Assembly: GCA_035553215.1 (NCBI GenBank)
Contig: DATNDS010000052.1
Coordinates: forward strand, 17,786 to 81,785
Direction of reading: 5' to 3'
From: Gemmatimonadaceae bacterium
GTDB taxonomy: Bacteria > Gemmatimonadota > Gemmatimonadetes > Gemmatimonadales > Gemmatimonadaceae
Length of the DNA stretch: 64,000 nucleotides
The notes under the pieces were generated by a model. It was not told where the DNA came from and did not search any database. It saw nothing but the letters and a program-made list of their open reading frames with translations. Shown piece after piece: positions 1-10,554 of this stretch (its first letter is position 1; each line of letters begins with the position of its first letter). A program made the translations under genes and the position numbers.

Positions 1-1204
1 CCTTGAATGTGGAGTCGTTGCGCGTAGCGCTCTCCACGGAGCTCTCGGCACGCCGCAGATCGCCGAAGCGCCAGGGAATGTCGAGGCGGGCCAGCGCCCG
101 ATTGGCGGCTCCGATGTGCACGGGGTCCGACGGAGCCACGAGCAGCGCGGGAAGCGTCGTGGCCTCATCCGCCGGGCTGAAGGCGACATCGCTGCCCATT
201 GTGGCGCGTTCCGCCTGCACGAGCGCCTCCACCGCGGTCGTGGCGAAGCGACCGAGCGCGGCGGACACGCGCACGGCCGGCGCCGGCCCAATCCACGCCG
301 CGAAGTAGCGCGCATCATCGCCGCGCATCTCATCGGGTTCGACCTCGACGGTCCCGGTGCTCCAGCCGCGCTCCGCGGGTGAAGCGCGCACGAGGATCTC
401 CTGATCCTTCACCGCCGTTCCGCGCGCCAGCGTCCGGCCATCGATCGTGATGCGGAAGGCGGCCGAGTCCGGCGTCAGCACGCGCGCGCGCACGGCACCG
501 CGCGGTGTCCAGCGCGGCGGCAGCGCTTCTGCCTCGATCACGGCCGCGTTGCGCGGCGGGTCCTGGCGCGGCCGGTACACTTGCACTCGCGACTGCCCCA
601 GCGTAATCGGCGCACTCCACGACGTCGCCTGTCCATCGGTCACGATGGCGACCTCGCGTTCGGCCAGCCCTGATCCGCCCACCAGCGATGCCGCACGCAC
701 GGCCGCATCCTCGATGTTGCCCGCGCCAGCCAGTGGCCCGGTGTGCTCGATGGCCTGCACGACCGCGTCACGCGTGCCACCATGTACCGTTCCATCCGCC
801 GTAATGAGCCAGAGCCGGTCCGTGACGGCCGCCCGCGAGGCCACGCCACTGGCGACGGCGCGGAGCTCCTCGACCACGGGATGCCCCGCCGTGATGGCCG
901 ACGAGCTGAGCGAGTTGTCGAGCACGATGGCCATTGCCGTCGGCGCATGACCGCTGCCCGCGACGCGAATGAGCGGGCGCGCCGCCGCGGCTGCGATGAG
1001 GACGATCGCGGCCACGCGCAGCAGCATCAGCAGCAGGTTGCGCAGCTTGAGATTCCGGCTGTGCTCGCGTTCCGCGCGCGCCAGATAGCGCACCGCGGGA
1101 AACTCCACTCGCGTTCCGGTGCGGCGGCGCAGCAGATGAATGAAGAGCGGGATCGCGGCGGCTCCCGCCGCGATCAGCCAGAGCGGCGTGAGGAACTCGA
1201 TCAC
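1..1204 (-). CDS. BatA_N / vWA-domain membrane protein, C-terminus cut by window edge
   Basis: Absent from the ORF track because it has no stop in the window. Manual minus-strand translation from GTG 1204 (GTGA overlap with the DUF58 stop) stays open to position 2. It begins VIEFLTPLWLIAAGAAAIPLFIHLLRRRTGTRVEFPAVRYLARAEREHSRNLKL..., a typical BatA_N N-terminus. AIVLDNSLSS further in is a DxSxS MIDAS-like motif. Confidence 0.6.
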   Translation of the reverse strand, partial: MIEFLTPLWLIAAGAAAIPLFIHLLRRRTGTRVEFPAVRYLARAEREHSRNLKLRNLLLMLLRVAAIVLIAAAAARPLIRVAGSGHAPTAMAIVLDNSLSSSAITAGHPVVEELRAVASGVASRAAVTDRLWLITADGTVHGGTRDAVVQAIEHTGPLAGAGNIEDAAVRAASLVGGSGLAEREVAIVTDGQATSWSAPITLGQSRVQVYRPRQDPPRNAAVIEAEALPPRWTPRGAVRARVLTPDSAAFRITIDGRTLARGTAVKDQEILVRASPAERGWSTGTVEVEPDEMRGDDARYFAAWIGPAPAVRVSAALGRFATTAVEALVQAERATMGSDVAFSPADEATTLPALLVAPSDPVHIGAANRALARLDIPWRFGDLRRAESSVESATRNDSTFK

Positions 1205-2112
1205 GGCATCTTCTGCCGCGTGGCGAACACGCGGCGCAGGGGAACGCCGAAGGGCGCGTCCGTGAACACCGTTTCGTAGGCCGCCCCCGCCGCCGCCAGC
1301 GACTGTCGCCATTCCTGCAGCGCCGCCGTGACCGTGGCATGATAGGCGCCGCGCACGTCCGCGCTGGCGGCCGGCACCTCAGCGCCGCTCTCGGGATCGA
1401 AGAAGAGGGCGTCGCCGGCGGCGGGAAGATCGAGCTCGGCCGGATCGAGCACGTGCAGCACGACGAGCTGATGTCCCGCGTGCCGCAGCGCGCGCACCTG
1501 ACTCAGCACCTCATCGGCATCCATGAGGAGGTCGGACACGATCACCACGAGGCCACGGCGCGGAATGAGCCGCCAGGCCTGCTCCAGCGCCGCCGCGGCG
1601 TGCGACGCGTGCCCCGCGCCCGGATCGTCGAGAGCCGCCACGATGCGCTGCCACTGTCCCGAGCGCACACGGGGCGCGAGCGACGTCCGCACCAGATCAT
1701 CGAAGCGCACGAGGCCAACGGCATCGCGCTGGCGCAGGAGCAGCAGCGCCATGGCAGCGACCAATCGCTCCGCGTAGGCCAGCTTGGTGAGGCGCGCGGC
1801 GTCGCCGCGCCACGCCATGGACCGGCTCACGTCGAGCACGATGGTGGCGCGCAGGTTGGTCTCTTCCTCGTACTGCTTGACGACCCAGCGATCCGCGCGC
1901 GCCGCGATCTTCCAGTCCACGTAGCGCAGGTCGTCGCCCGCCTGATAGGGCCGATGCTCCGCAAACTCCACGGAGAACCCCTTGCGGGGTGACCGGTGGA
2001 GTCCCGAGAGAAAGCCGTCCACGATCCAGCGCGCCACGATTTCTATGCGGCCCAGCGCGGCGATGGTCGCCGGATCCAGCAAATCGGCACGACGCGCGCG
2101 TGCAGTATCCAT
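1201..2112 (-). CDS. DUF58 family protein (vWA-like, MoxR/Bat-cluster type)
   Basis: Track ORF 1201..2214. The block DDLRYVDWKIAARADRWVVKQYEEETNLRATIVLDVSRSM is the DUF58 signature. I prefer the internal ATG at 2112 (MDTARARRADLL...). Confidence 0.85.
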   Translation of the reverse strand: MDTARARRADLLDPATIAALGRIEIVARWIVDGFLSGLHRSPRKGFSVEFAEHRPYQAGDDLRYVDWKIAARADRWVVKQYEEETNLRATIVLDVSRSMAWRGDAARLTKLAYAERLVAAMALLLLRQRDAVGLVRFDDLVRTSLAPRVRSGQWQRIVAALDDPGAGHASHAAAALEQAWRLIPRRGLVVIVSDLLMDADEVLSQVRALRHAGHQLVVLHVLDPAELDLPAAGDALFFDPESGAEVPAASADVRGAYHATVTAALQEWRQSLAAAGAAYETVFTDAPFGVPLRRVFATRQKMP

Positions 2113-2177
2113 TGAGAGCGTGGAAGCTAGAAAGCGCGCACCGCTGACGCCAGCGGGCCGTCCGTGCCGGCCCCGGC

Positions 2178-4028
<1,851 letters not shown>

Positions 4029-4441
4029 CGGGGGCGTCGCGCTCCGCTTCGCGTCGCTGCGACGCGGGGAAGCGCCGCGCGAAGCGCGGCTGCGGTAAGC
4101 GTCGGCCTGCGGCCGACTGCGGGAAGCGGTCGCCGGAGGCGACCTGCGGGAAGCGCCGGCCGGGCCGCTGGCCCGACGGCACTTCCTACACCCCACGCTC
4201 ATCCTTTCGATTCCCAATTCCCCATTCCCGGTTTCCACTTGCCGATTCCCCGCTTTCGCAGTTCCGATTCCCCATACCCGATTGCCGACTCCCAAGGGGA
4301 GGGCGCCAGGGAGAGGCCTCGCAGTCGCGCTCCGCGCGACGCTTCCCGCAGGGCGCTCCCGTGAGGGAGCCGCCCGCTTCCCGCGGCCAGCCACAGGCTG
4401 GCGCTTCCCGCAGTCGCGCTTCGCGCGACGCTTCCCTCGTC
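4029..4441. repeat. composite ~410-bp imperfect palindromic intergenic repeat
   Basis: The left arm from 4061 (gacgcggggaagcgccgcgcgaagcgcggctgcgg...) matches the reverse complement of the right arm ending at 4441 (gacgagggaagcgtcgcgcgaagcgcgactgcgg...). Both arms are built from CTGCGGGAAGCG-like units. The centre (4208-4293) holds ATTCCCC/ATTGCCG heptamers. Confidence 0.75.
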
Positions 4442-5458
4442 GTCCAGACATCCTTCCTCGGCGATACCGTGCTCACCACTCCGCTCATTGCGGAGCTGGC
4501 GACGCGCGGGCCGGTGGATGTGGTCGCGGGGCCCGCGGGCGCGGGGTTGCTCGCGAACAATGGCGCGATCCGCCACCTCATCGTGTACGACAAGCGCGGC
4601 GCGGACGCGGGGGCGGGGGGACTGTGGCGCACGGCGCGACGCGTACGACGGGCGCGTGCGGCTGGCGAATACTGTACGGCGTATCTCGCGCAGGGCTCCT
4701 TGCGCAGCGCGGCGCTCGCGCGGCTGGCCGGGTGCGCTCGCCTCGTCGGCTTCGATACTTCGGCCGGCCGATGGCTCTATTCGCAACGGGTACCGTATGC
4801 GGCGGATCGTCATCACGCCGAGCGCCTCTGGCGGCTCGCCGGCGCGATGGACAGTGGGTCGCCGGCGCGCGACGGCGCGCTCCGTCCGCGACTCTATCCG
4901 GGCCAGCCCGAACAGCGGGCCGTGGACGAACTGCTCGGACAGCCCGATGCGTCGCGCCCGCTCGTTGGGCTCGCGCCGGGGAGCGTGTGGGGTACGAAAC
5001 GCTGGCCATACTACGCCGAGCTGGCGCGGCGCATCGCACCCGCCGCCCGCCTGGCGGTGATCGGCGGCGCAGATGATGCTGACCTCGCAACGGAGATCGT
5101 GCGCGCCGCCGCATCGAGCAGCACGGTGAACGCGGTGGGCGCGCTGTCGCTCCTCGAATCCGCCGAACTGATCGGGCGCTGCGCGCTGCTGGTCACGAAC
5201 GATTCGTCGCCGCAGCATCTCGCATCCGCCATGGGCACGCCAACGATCACGATTTTCGGACCGACCGTTCCGGCCTTCGGCTTCGGACCGCTGGCGCCGG
5301 GATCGGTGACGCTGGGGCACGAGCACCTCGACTGTCGTCCGTGCCACCATCATGGTCCGCCGACCTGTCCACTGGGGCACTGGCGCTGCATGAAGGAGCT
5401 GGATGTGTCGGTCGTGGAGCAGGCGGTACACGCCGCGCTGGAATTGCGCGCGTCATAG
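4361..5458 (+). CDS. glycosyltransferase family 9 (LPS heptosyltransferase-like)
   Basis: This is the C-terminal part of track ORF 3896..5458. VVQTSFLGDTVLTTPLI is a typical GT9 N-terminus, and GSVWGTKRWP and LLVTNDSSPQHLASAMGTP are GT9 motifs. The start is uncertain; the nearest upstream in-frame start is GTG 4361, inside the repeat. Confidence 0.8.
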   Translation: MREPPASRGQPQAGASRSRASRDASLVVQTSFLGDTVLTTPLIAELATRGPVDVVAGPAGAGLLANNGAIRHLIVYDKRGADAGAGGLWRTARRVRRARAAGEYCTAYLAQGSLRSAALARLAGCARLVGFDTSAGRWLYSQRVPYAADRHHAERLWRLAGAMDSGSPARDGALRPRLYPGQPEQRAVDELLGQPDASRPLVGLAPGSVWGTKRWPYYAELARRIAPAARLAVIGGADDADLATEIVRAAASSSTVNAVGALSLLESAELIGRCALLVTNDSSPQHLASAMGTPTITIFGPTVPAFGFGPLAPGSVTLGHEHLDCRPCHHHGPPTCPLGHWRCMKELDVSVVEQAVHAALELRAS

Positions 5459-5563
5459 GGCGCCGTCGCGCGGCGTCAACCGCTGGTCCAGGCCGGCGGC
5501 ATGCACTTACCTTATCCACACGCTCGCGGTCATCCGGCTCCAGGCCTCAACACCGGTTCGCAC

Positions 5564-6562
5564 ATGGCCCGTACCCGCACGCAGTACATCATCGGCGTCG
5601 ATCTGGGCGGTACCAACATCGTCGCCGGTGCGATGCCTGAGGATGGCAGCCGCGAGATCGGCGTCCGCACGGAATCCACGCGTGCGGAACACGGCGCGGA
5701 AGCCGTGGTGGACCGCATCGTCTCCATGGTGGCACAGGTCATGTCGGATGTGATCGCGCAGCACGGCGCGCAGCCCAGGGATTTCATGGGCGTTGGCGTG
5801 GGCGCGCCGGGACCGCTCGACCGGGAGCACGGGCTCGTGGTCGTCGCACCCAACCTGGGCTGGCGCGACTTCCCGCTGCGCGACGCGATCTCCAATCGCA
5901 TTCATTTGCCGGTGACGCTGGACAATGACGCGAACTGCGCGACGTTCGGCGAGTGGTGGCGCGGCGCCGCGCAGGGCGCGCATGACGTGGTGGGGCTGAC
6001 GATCGGCACCGGCATTGGCGGCGGTCTCGTGATCGACGGCAAGCTGTATCACGGCGCCTCGGATGTGGCGGGCGAGATCGGCCACACCACCATTGACTCC
6101 ACCGGGCGCTACTGCCGCTGCGGGAACTACGGCTGCCTCGAAGCCTACGCCTCGGGGCCCGCGATCGCATTGCGCGCGCGCGAGGCGCTGGAGCGCGACG
6201 AGGCATCCATGCTGCACACCGCGGTGGACGGAGATCTCGACCGGCTCACCGCGGCGCAGGTGTATGACGCCGCCAATCGCGGCGACGCGCTCGCGCTCGA
6301 GGTCGTGCGCGACACGGCGAAATTCCTCGGCACCGGCGTCGCCAATCTGCTCAACGTGCTCAATCCGGACGTGGTCGTGATCACGGGCGGCGTCACCAGG
6401 GCCGGCGACCGCCTGTTCGAGCCATTGCGTGCCGAAGTGAAGCGCCGTGCCTTCCGGCCGGCGGTGGACGCATGCCGCATCGTGCCGGGCAAACTGAACG
6501 GGACGGCGGGGATGGTCGGCGCGGTCGCCACCTTCAAGCAGCAGAAGCTGGGTGCCGTGTGA
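5564..6562 (+). CDS. ROK family glucokinase/sugar kinase
   Basis: IIGVDLGGTNIVAG is the ATP-binding N-terminus, and GEIGHTTIDSTGRYCRCGNYGCLEAYASG is the ROK Zn-cysteine signature. The internal ATG 5564 (MARTRTQY) is preferred over 5501. Confidence 0.85.
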   Translation: MARTRTQYIIGVDLGGTNIVAGAMPEDGSREIGVRTESTRAEHGAEAVVDRIVSMVAQVMSDVIAQHGAQPRDFMGVGVGAPGPLDREHGLVVVAPNLGWRDFPLRDAISNRIHLPVTLDNDANCATFGEWWRGAAQGAHDVVGLTIGTGIGGGLVIDGKLYHGASDVAGEIGHTTIDSTGRYCRCGNYGCLEAYASGPAIALRAREALERDEASMLHTAVDGDLDRLTAAQVYDAANRGDALALEVVRDTAKFLGTGVANLLNVLNPDVVVITGGVTRAGDRLFEPLRAEVKRRAFRPAVDACRIVPGKLNGTAGMVGAVATFKQQKLGAV

Positions 6563-7557
6563 ACGAGACTCAAGCCGGGCCCGTATCCCGCGCGAAGCGG
6601 CTCGGTGTGATCGGGACCTTCGTGTGGGACACCATCCACGGTCGCAACCCCGCCGGCGGCCCGGTGGAAGAATGGGGCGGCATCACCTATGCGCTCAGCG
6701 GTCTGGACGCCGCGCTACCGGACGGCTGGGAGATCGTGCCGATCATCAAGGTCGGGCACGACCTCGTGGACCGCGCCCGCGAATTCATCGCGACGCTGCC
6801 GCGCATGGCGCCGGATGCCGCCCTCATCGATGTGCCCTACCCCAACAATCGCGTGGAGCTGCGCTACGAAACATCGGAGCGCCGCTGCGAGCGGCTCACC
6901 GGCGGCGTGCCCGGTTGGAGCTGGCTCGGACTCAAGCCGCTGCTCGCGGGGCTCGACGCGCTCTATGTGAACTTCCTGAGCGGGTGGGAGCTCGATCTGG
7001 AAACGCTGCAGCTCCTGCGCCAGCACTTCACCGGTCCCATCTACTGCGACCTCCACATGCTGGTCATGGCCGTGCAGCCCAGCGGCTGGCGCGAGCTGCG
7101 CCCGTTGCCGAACGTGGCCGGGTGGTGCCGCTGCGTGGATGTGCTGCAGGTGAATGAAGACGAGGTGGGTGCCATGGCGAGTGATGCGATGGCGCTCGCC
7201 GCCACCGCCATGAGCGCCGGCGTGCGCTGCCTGGTCGTCACGCTGGGGAGCCGGGGCGCGGTGTATTTTGCGTCGCCCGACTTCGACCGCCTGGCCGATC
7301 TCGCGCAGCCTCGCGCGCTCGGCGCGACGGTGGGTCCTGTTCGCACCGAACGGATCCCGCCGCCGCGCGTGCTGCTCGATGGCGATCCCACGGGGTGCGG
7401 CGACGTGTGGGGCGCTACATACTTCTCCCGGCTGCTCGCGGGCGACCGGATGGGCGAGGCCATGCGTATCGCGCACGAGGCGGCCGGCCGCAACGTGGAA
7501 CATCGGGGAGCAACGGGGCTCGCCCGACACCTGCGCGGAGAGTTGAGCACGCGATGA
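6559..7557 (+). CDS. PfkB family carbohydrate kinase
   Basis: DPTGCGDVWGATYFSRLL resembles PfkB signature 2, with a ribokinase-like layout. GTG 6559 overlaps the upstream stop (GTGA). Confidence 0.75.
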   Translation: MNETQAGPVSRAKRLGVIGTFVWDTIHGRNPAGGPVEEWGGITYALSGLDAALPDGWEIVPIIKVGHDLVDRAREFIATLPRMAPDAALIDVPYPNNRVELRYETSERRCERLTGGVPGWSWLGLKPLLAGLDALYVNFLSGWELDLETLQLLRQHFTGPIYCDLHMLVMAVQPSGWRELRPLPNVAGWCRCVDVLQVNEDEVGAMASDAMALAATAMSAGVRCLVVTLGSRGAVYFASPDFDRLADLAQPRALGATVGPVRTERIPPPRVLLDGDPTGCGDVWGATYFSRLLAGDRMGEAMRIAHEAAGRNVEHRGATGLARHLRGELSTR

Positions 7558-8441
7558 CCGAGGTCCTGAACCTTCCGCCGTCACTCGATGACAGGACGTT
7601 CGAGAACCTCCTCGAACTGCTGGCGAACGTCCCACCGGATGCAAAGGTCATCCTGAACGCGCGACACACGCGCTGGGCGTCGCCGTTCGGCCTGACCGCG
7701 CTGCTCACGCTCGCGCAGTCGCGCGCGGAACCGCCCGTTCTCTACGTGCCCGAAGCGGAGGAGACGGCACACTACTGGGCCCGCACGGGTTTCTTCACGC
7801 ACGCGGCCACCCTGTTCGAGCTGCACGGACAGGTGCCGCGCGTGCACGTGAGCGGCGAGTCGGACGTACTGCTCGAGATCACGCCGGTGTCCGGCAGTGA
7901 GGACGTGCACGACGTCGTGAGCCGCATCCAGAAGAAATCGCAGCAGATTCTCGTGAAGGAGCTGGCGCTGGACGCGAAGGCCACCATGGGATTCGCCATG
8001 ACGCTGAGCGAGGCCTGTCAGAACATCGTCGAACACGCGGGTCGCGGTGGCTGGGTCGCTGTACAGACGTATCGATGGCAGAAGCGACTCGGCCGCCGCG
8101 TGGTGGTCATCGCGGTGTGCGATGCGGGCGTTGGATTTCGCCAGTCGCTGGAAAGCGCACCCGGACGCCATCTGAGCGACCGCTGGGACGACGGCATGGC
8201 GCTGGAAGAGGCCGTCATGCGCGGCGTGAGCCGGTTCCGTGACTCGGGACGCGGCCAGGGACTTGCCGGGATTCGACGATACATCGGACGCTGGGACGGC
8301 AAGTTGTCGGTTCGGTCCGGAACGGCTAGAATCGCTATCATTCCTTCGTGGGATGACGACGTGCCGCTGCTGAAGGACCTCTCCCCATTTCCCGGGACGC
8401 AAATGCAAATCACCATCCCGGAACGAATCGCTGACCGGTGA
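7554..8441 (+). CDS. GHKL (HATPase_c-like) ATP-binding protein, anti-sigma-kinase-like
   Basis: The C-terminal half carries EACQNIVEHAG, VIAVCDAGVGF and GRGQGLAGIRRY Bergerat-fold boxes. There is no His-phosphotransfer domain. An ATGA overlap links it to the PfkB gene. Confidence 0.7.
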   Translation: MTEVLNLPPSLDDRTFENLLELLANVPPDAKVILNARHTRWASPFGLTALLTLAQSRAEPPVLYVPEAEETAHYWARTGFFTHAATLFELHGQVPRVHVSGESDVLLEITPVSGSEDVHDVVSRIQKKSQQILVKELALDAKATMGFAMTLSEACQNIVEHAGRGGWVAVQTYRWQKRLGRRVVVIAVCDAGVGFRQSLESAPGRHLSDRWDDGMALEEAVMRGVSRFRDSGRGQGLAGIRRYIGRWDGKLSVRSGTARIAIIPSWDDDVPLLKDLSPFPGTQMQITIPERIADR

Positions 8442-9058
8442 TCAATCACATCGACCTGAGCTCCGTGTTGCGTCGCACCGTATGCGACCTGTATTCCGAT
8501 CTGGTGACCCGGCCCACGGGCGCCGCCGTGCGCAACGGGATCGAGCGGCAACTCGCCGAACTGGGGGAGCGCACACTCACCGTCATTGACTTCTCGCACG
8601 TCGGACTGCTCGACTATTCCTGCGCCGACGAGATTGTCGCCAAGCTGCTCATGCGCTACACCAGGGCGGCTGCCACCGATGCCGCGGCTGCGCCGACTGC
8701 CGCGGACGCCGCGGACGCCGCGGACGCCCCCGACCAGTCGCCGCGCGACGCGTACTTTCTGTTCCGCGGCGTGAGCGAGTCGCACCTCGACGCAATCGAA
8801 ACCGTGCTCGACCGGCAGGCGCTCGCGATCGTCGCGCAAGCCGCGAACGGCGCCGTGATGCTGGTGGGCCGGGTGGACGATTCCGAACGCCGCGCCTGGG
8901 AAGTGATGTATCGCCTGGGGCGCGCGGTGCCGGCCGAGCTGGCACGCGAAGCGGGTGTGGATGTGCCACAGGCGACGGAGTTGCTCGATGGACTCTGCCG
9001 TCGCCGGCTGGCCATGCGGTTCGACGAAGGCTACGTTGCCGTGGGCGGCACGACGTGA
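8438..9058 (+). CDS. STAS-like (DUF4325-type) protein with C-terminal winged-helix-like segment
   Basis: LTVIDFSHVGLLDYSCADEIVAKLL resembles the DUF4325/STAS-like core. The C-terminus AVPAELAREAGVDVPQATELLDGLCRRRLAMRF looks wHTH-like. A GTGA overlap links it to the upstream gene. Confidence 0.6.
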   Translation: MINHIDLSSVLRRTVCDLYSDLVTRPTGAAVRNGIERQLAELGERTLTVIDFSHVGLLDYSCADEIVAKLLMRYTRAAATDAAAAPTAADAADAADAPDQSPRDAYFLFRGVSESHLDAIETVLDRQALAIVAQAANGAVMLVGRVDDSERRAWEVMYRLGRAVPAELAREAGVDVPQATELLDGLCRRRLAMRFDEGYVAVGGTT

Positions 9059-9360
9059 GCGACAGCTACAATCCGCCGCTTCGCGTGCTGCGGCTCATCG
9101 CGACGCGGCCGCCGGATCCCGAGCGCGGCCCGATGGTGTGGCTGCGCGGTGAGGACGCCTCCTCGCGCATGCTGGTGGAAGGCGAGCTCGTGTGGGTCGT
9201 CGGGCCGCGCCGCCGTGAGCTCGCCACCGTCGGCATCGACGATTCCCTCCCCCGCGGCGACGTGGTGCTGCGTGACATTGTCGGCGCCTCGCCGTCCGAA
9301 GATGTGAAGGTCCTGAAAGTCAACACCGATGAACCGCCGCGCCGCGGCATCCTCGCCTGA
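9055..9360 (+). CDS. small stand-alone beta-barrel protein (MopB C-terminal / ADC-like domain resemblance)
   Basis: 101 aa. VWLRGEDASSRMLVEGELVWVVGPRRRELATVGIDDSLPRGDVVLRDI follows the pattern of molybdopterin-dinucleotide-binding barrels. GTGA overlap with the upstream gene. Confidence 0.5.
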   Translation: MSDSYNPPLRVLRLIATRPPDPERGPMVWLRGEDASSRMLVEGELVWVVGPRRRELATVGIDDSLPRGDVVLRDIVGASPSEDVKVLKVNTDEPPRRGILA

Positions 9361-9371
9361 AGCCATCTCTC

Positions 9372-10529
9372 ATGACACCTCGCCGACGCCGGCAGGGCCT
9401 TTCCACCACCGCCGTGCACGGTGGACAGGACGCGCACGAGACCGACACGCCGGTCGTGTCGCCGATCTACCAGTCGGTGAACTTCCACCAGGAAGTCGGC
9501 ACCGAGGCGGGGTTGCGCTACGCGCGCTACGGCAACAACCCGAATGCGGAGCTGCTGCAGCGCCGCCTCGCGCTGCTCGAAGGAGCCGAGGCAGCGCTCG
9601 TGCTGGGAAGCGGCATGGGTGCCACCGCGTGCGCGCTCCTGGCGCTGCTCCGGCCGGGTGATCACCTGCTGGCGAGCGACTGGATCTATGGCGGATCGAG
9701 CCGCCTGTTCAGCAAGGAGTTCGATGCGCTGGGCATCGAGGTCACGCTCGTCAATCCGCTCGAGCCGCGCGTCTGGCGCCGCCGCCTGCGCAAGCACACG
9801 CGCGCCATCTTCGTGGAAACGCCGGTGAACCCGTCGTGCCGCGTCCTCGATCTGCGCTCGATCAGCTACCTCGCCAAGGAAGTGGGACTCGCCCTCGTGG
9901 TGGACTCCACCTTCGCGTCGCCCGTGAACTTCCGCCCGCTGGAACACGGCGCGGACGTCGTGATCCATTCGGCCACCAAGTACCTGAACGGCCACCACGA
10001 TGTACTCGCGGGCGTCGTCCTGGGCACGGCGCCGTTCATCGAGGAAGCCCGCCAGAAGATGATCCTCTGGGGGCAGGCGGCGGATCCGTTCGCGTGCTGG
10101 CTGCTGGAGCGCGGGCTCAAGACGCTCGACGTCCGGGTGAAGCGGCAGAACGAGAATGCCATGCAGCTCGCGCAGTGGTGCAGCCAGCGATCCGAATTCT
10201 CCGCGGTGCACTATCCCGGGCTTCCCTCGCACCCCGATCACGAGATCGCCACGGCGACGCTCGATGGGTATGGCGGCATGATGGCCGTGGTGCTCGCGGG
10301 CGGAGGCGGCGCCACCGAACGCTTCATCAGCCGACTCAGAGTAGCGGCACACGCGCCCAGTCTCGGCGGCGTGGACACACTGGTGTGCGAGCCGCGCTAC
10401 ACGTCACATTCCCATCTCACCGCCGCCGCGCGCGCGGCGGTGGGCATTCCGGACGGCTTTGTCCGCGTGAGCGTGGGCATCGAGAATGCCGACGACCTCA
10501 TTGCTGATTTCACGCAGGCTCTGCGATGA
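9372..10529 (+). CDS. Cys/Met-metabolism PLP-dependent enzyme (cystathionine gamma-synthase/lyase family)
   Basis: TTAVHGG, SATKYLNGHHDVLAGVV (PLP lysine) and the C-terminal VRVSVGIE motif. Confidence 0.9.
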   Translation: MTPRRRRQGLSTTAVHGGQDAHETDTPVVSPIYQSVNFHQEVGTEAGLRYARYGNNPNAELLQRRLALLEGAEAALVLGSGMGATACALLALLRPGDHLLASDWIYGGSSRLFSKEFDALGIEVTLVNPLEPRVWRRRLRKHTRAIFVETPVNPSCRVLDLRSISYLAKEVGLALVVDSTFASPVNFRPLEHGADVVIHSATKYLNGHHDVLAGVVLGTAPFIEEARQKMILWGQAADPFACWLLERGLKTLDVRVKRQNENAMQLAQWCSQRSEFSAVHYPGLPSHPDHEIATATLDGYGGMMAVVLAGGGGATERFISRLRVAAHAPSLGGVDTLVCEPRYTSHSHLTAAARAAVGIPDGFVRVSVGIENADDLIADFTQALR

Positions 10530-10554
10530 CCGCACGAGCCGGACTGTTTGAGTG

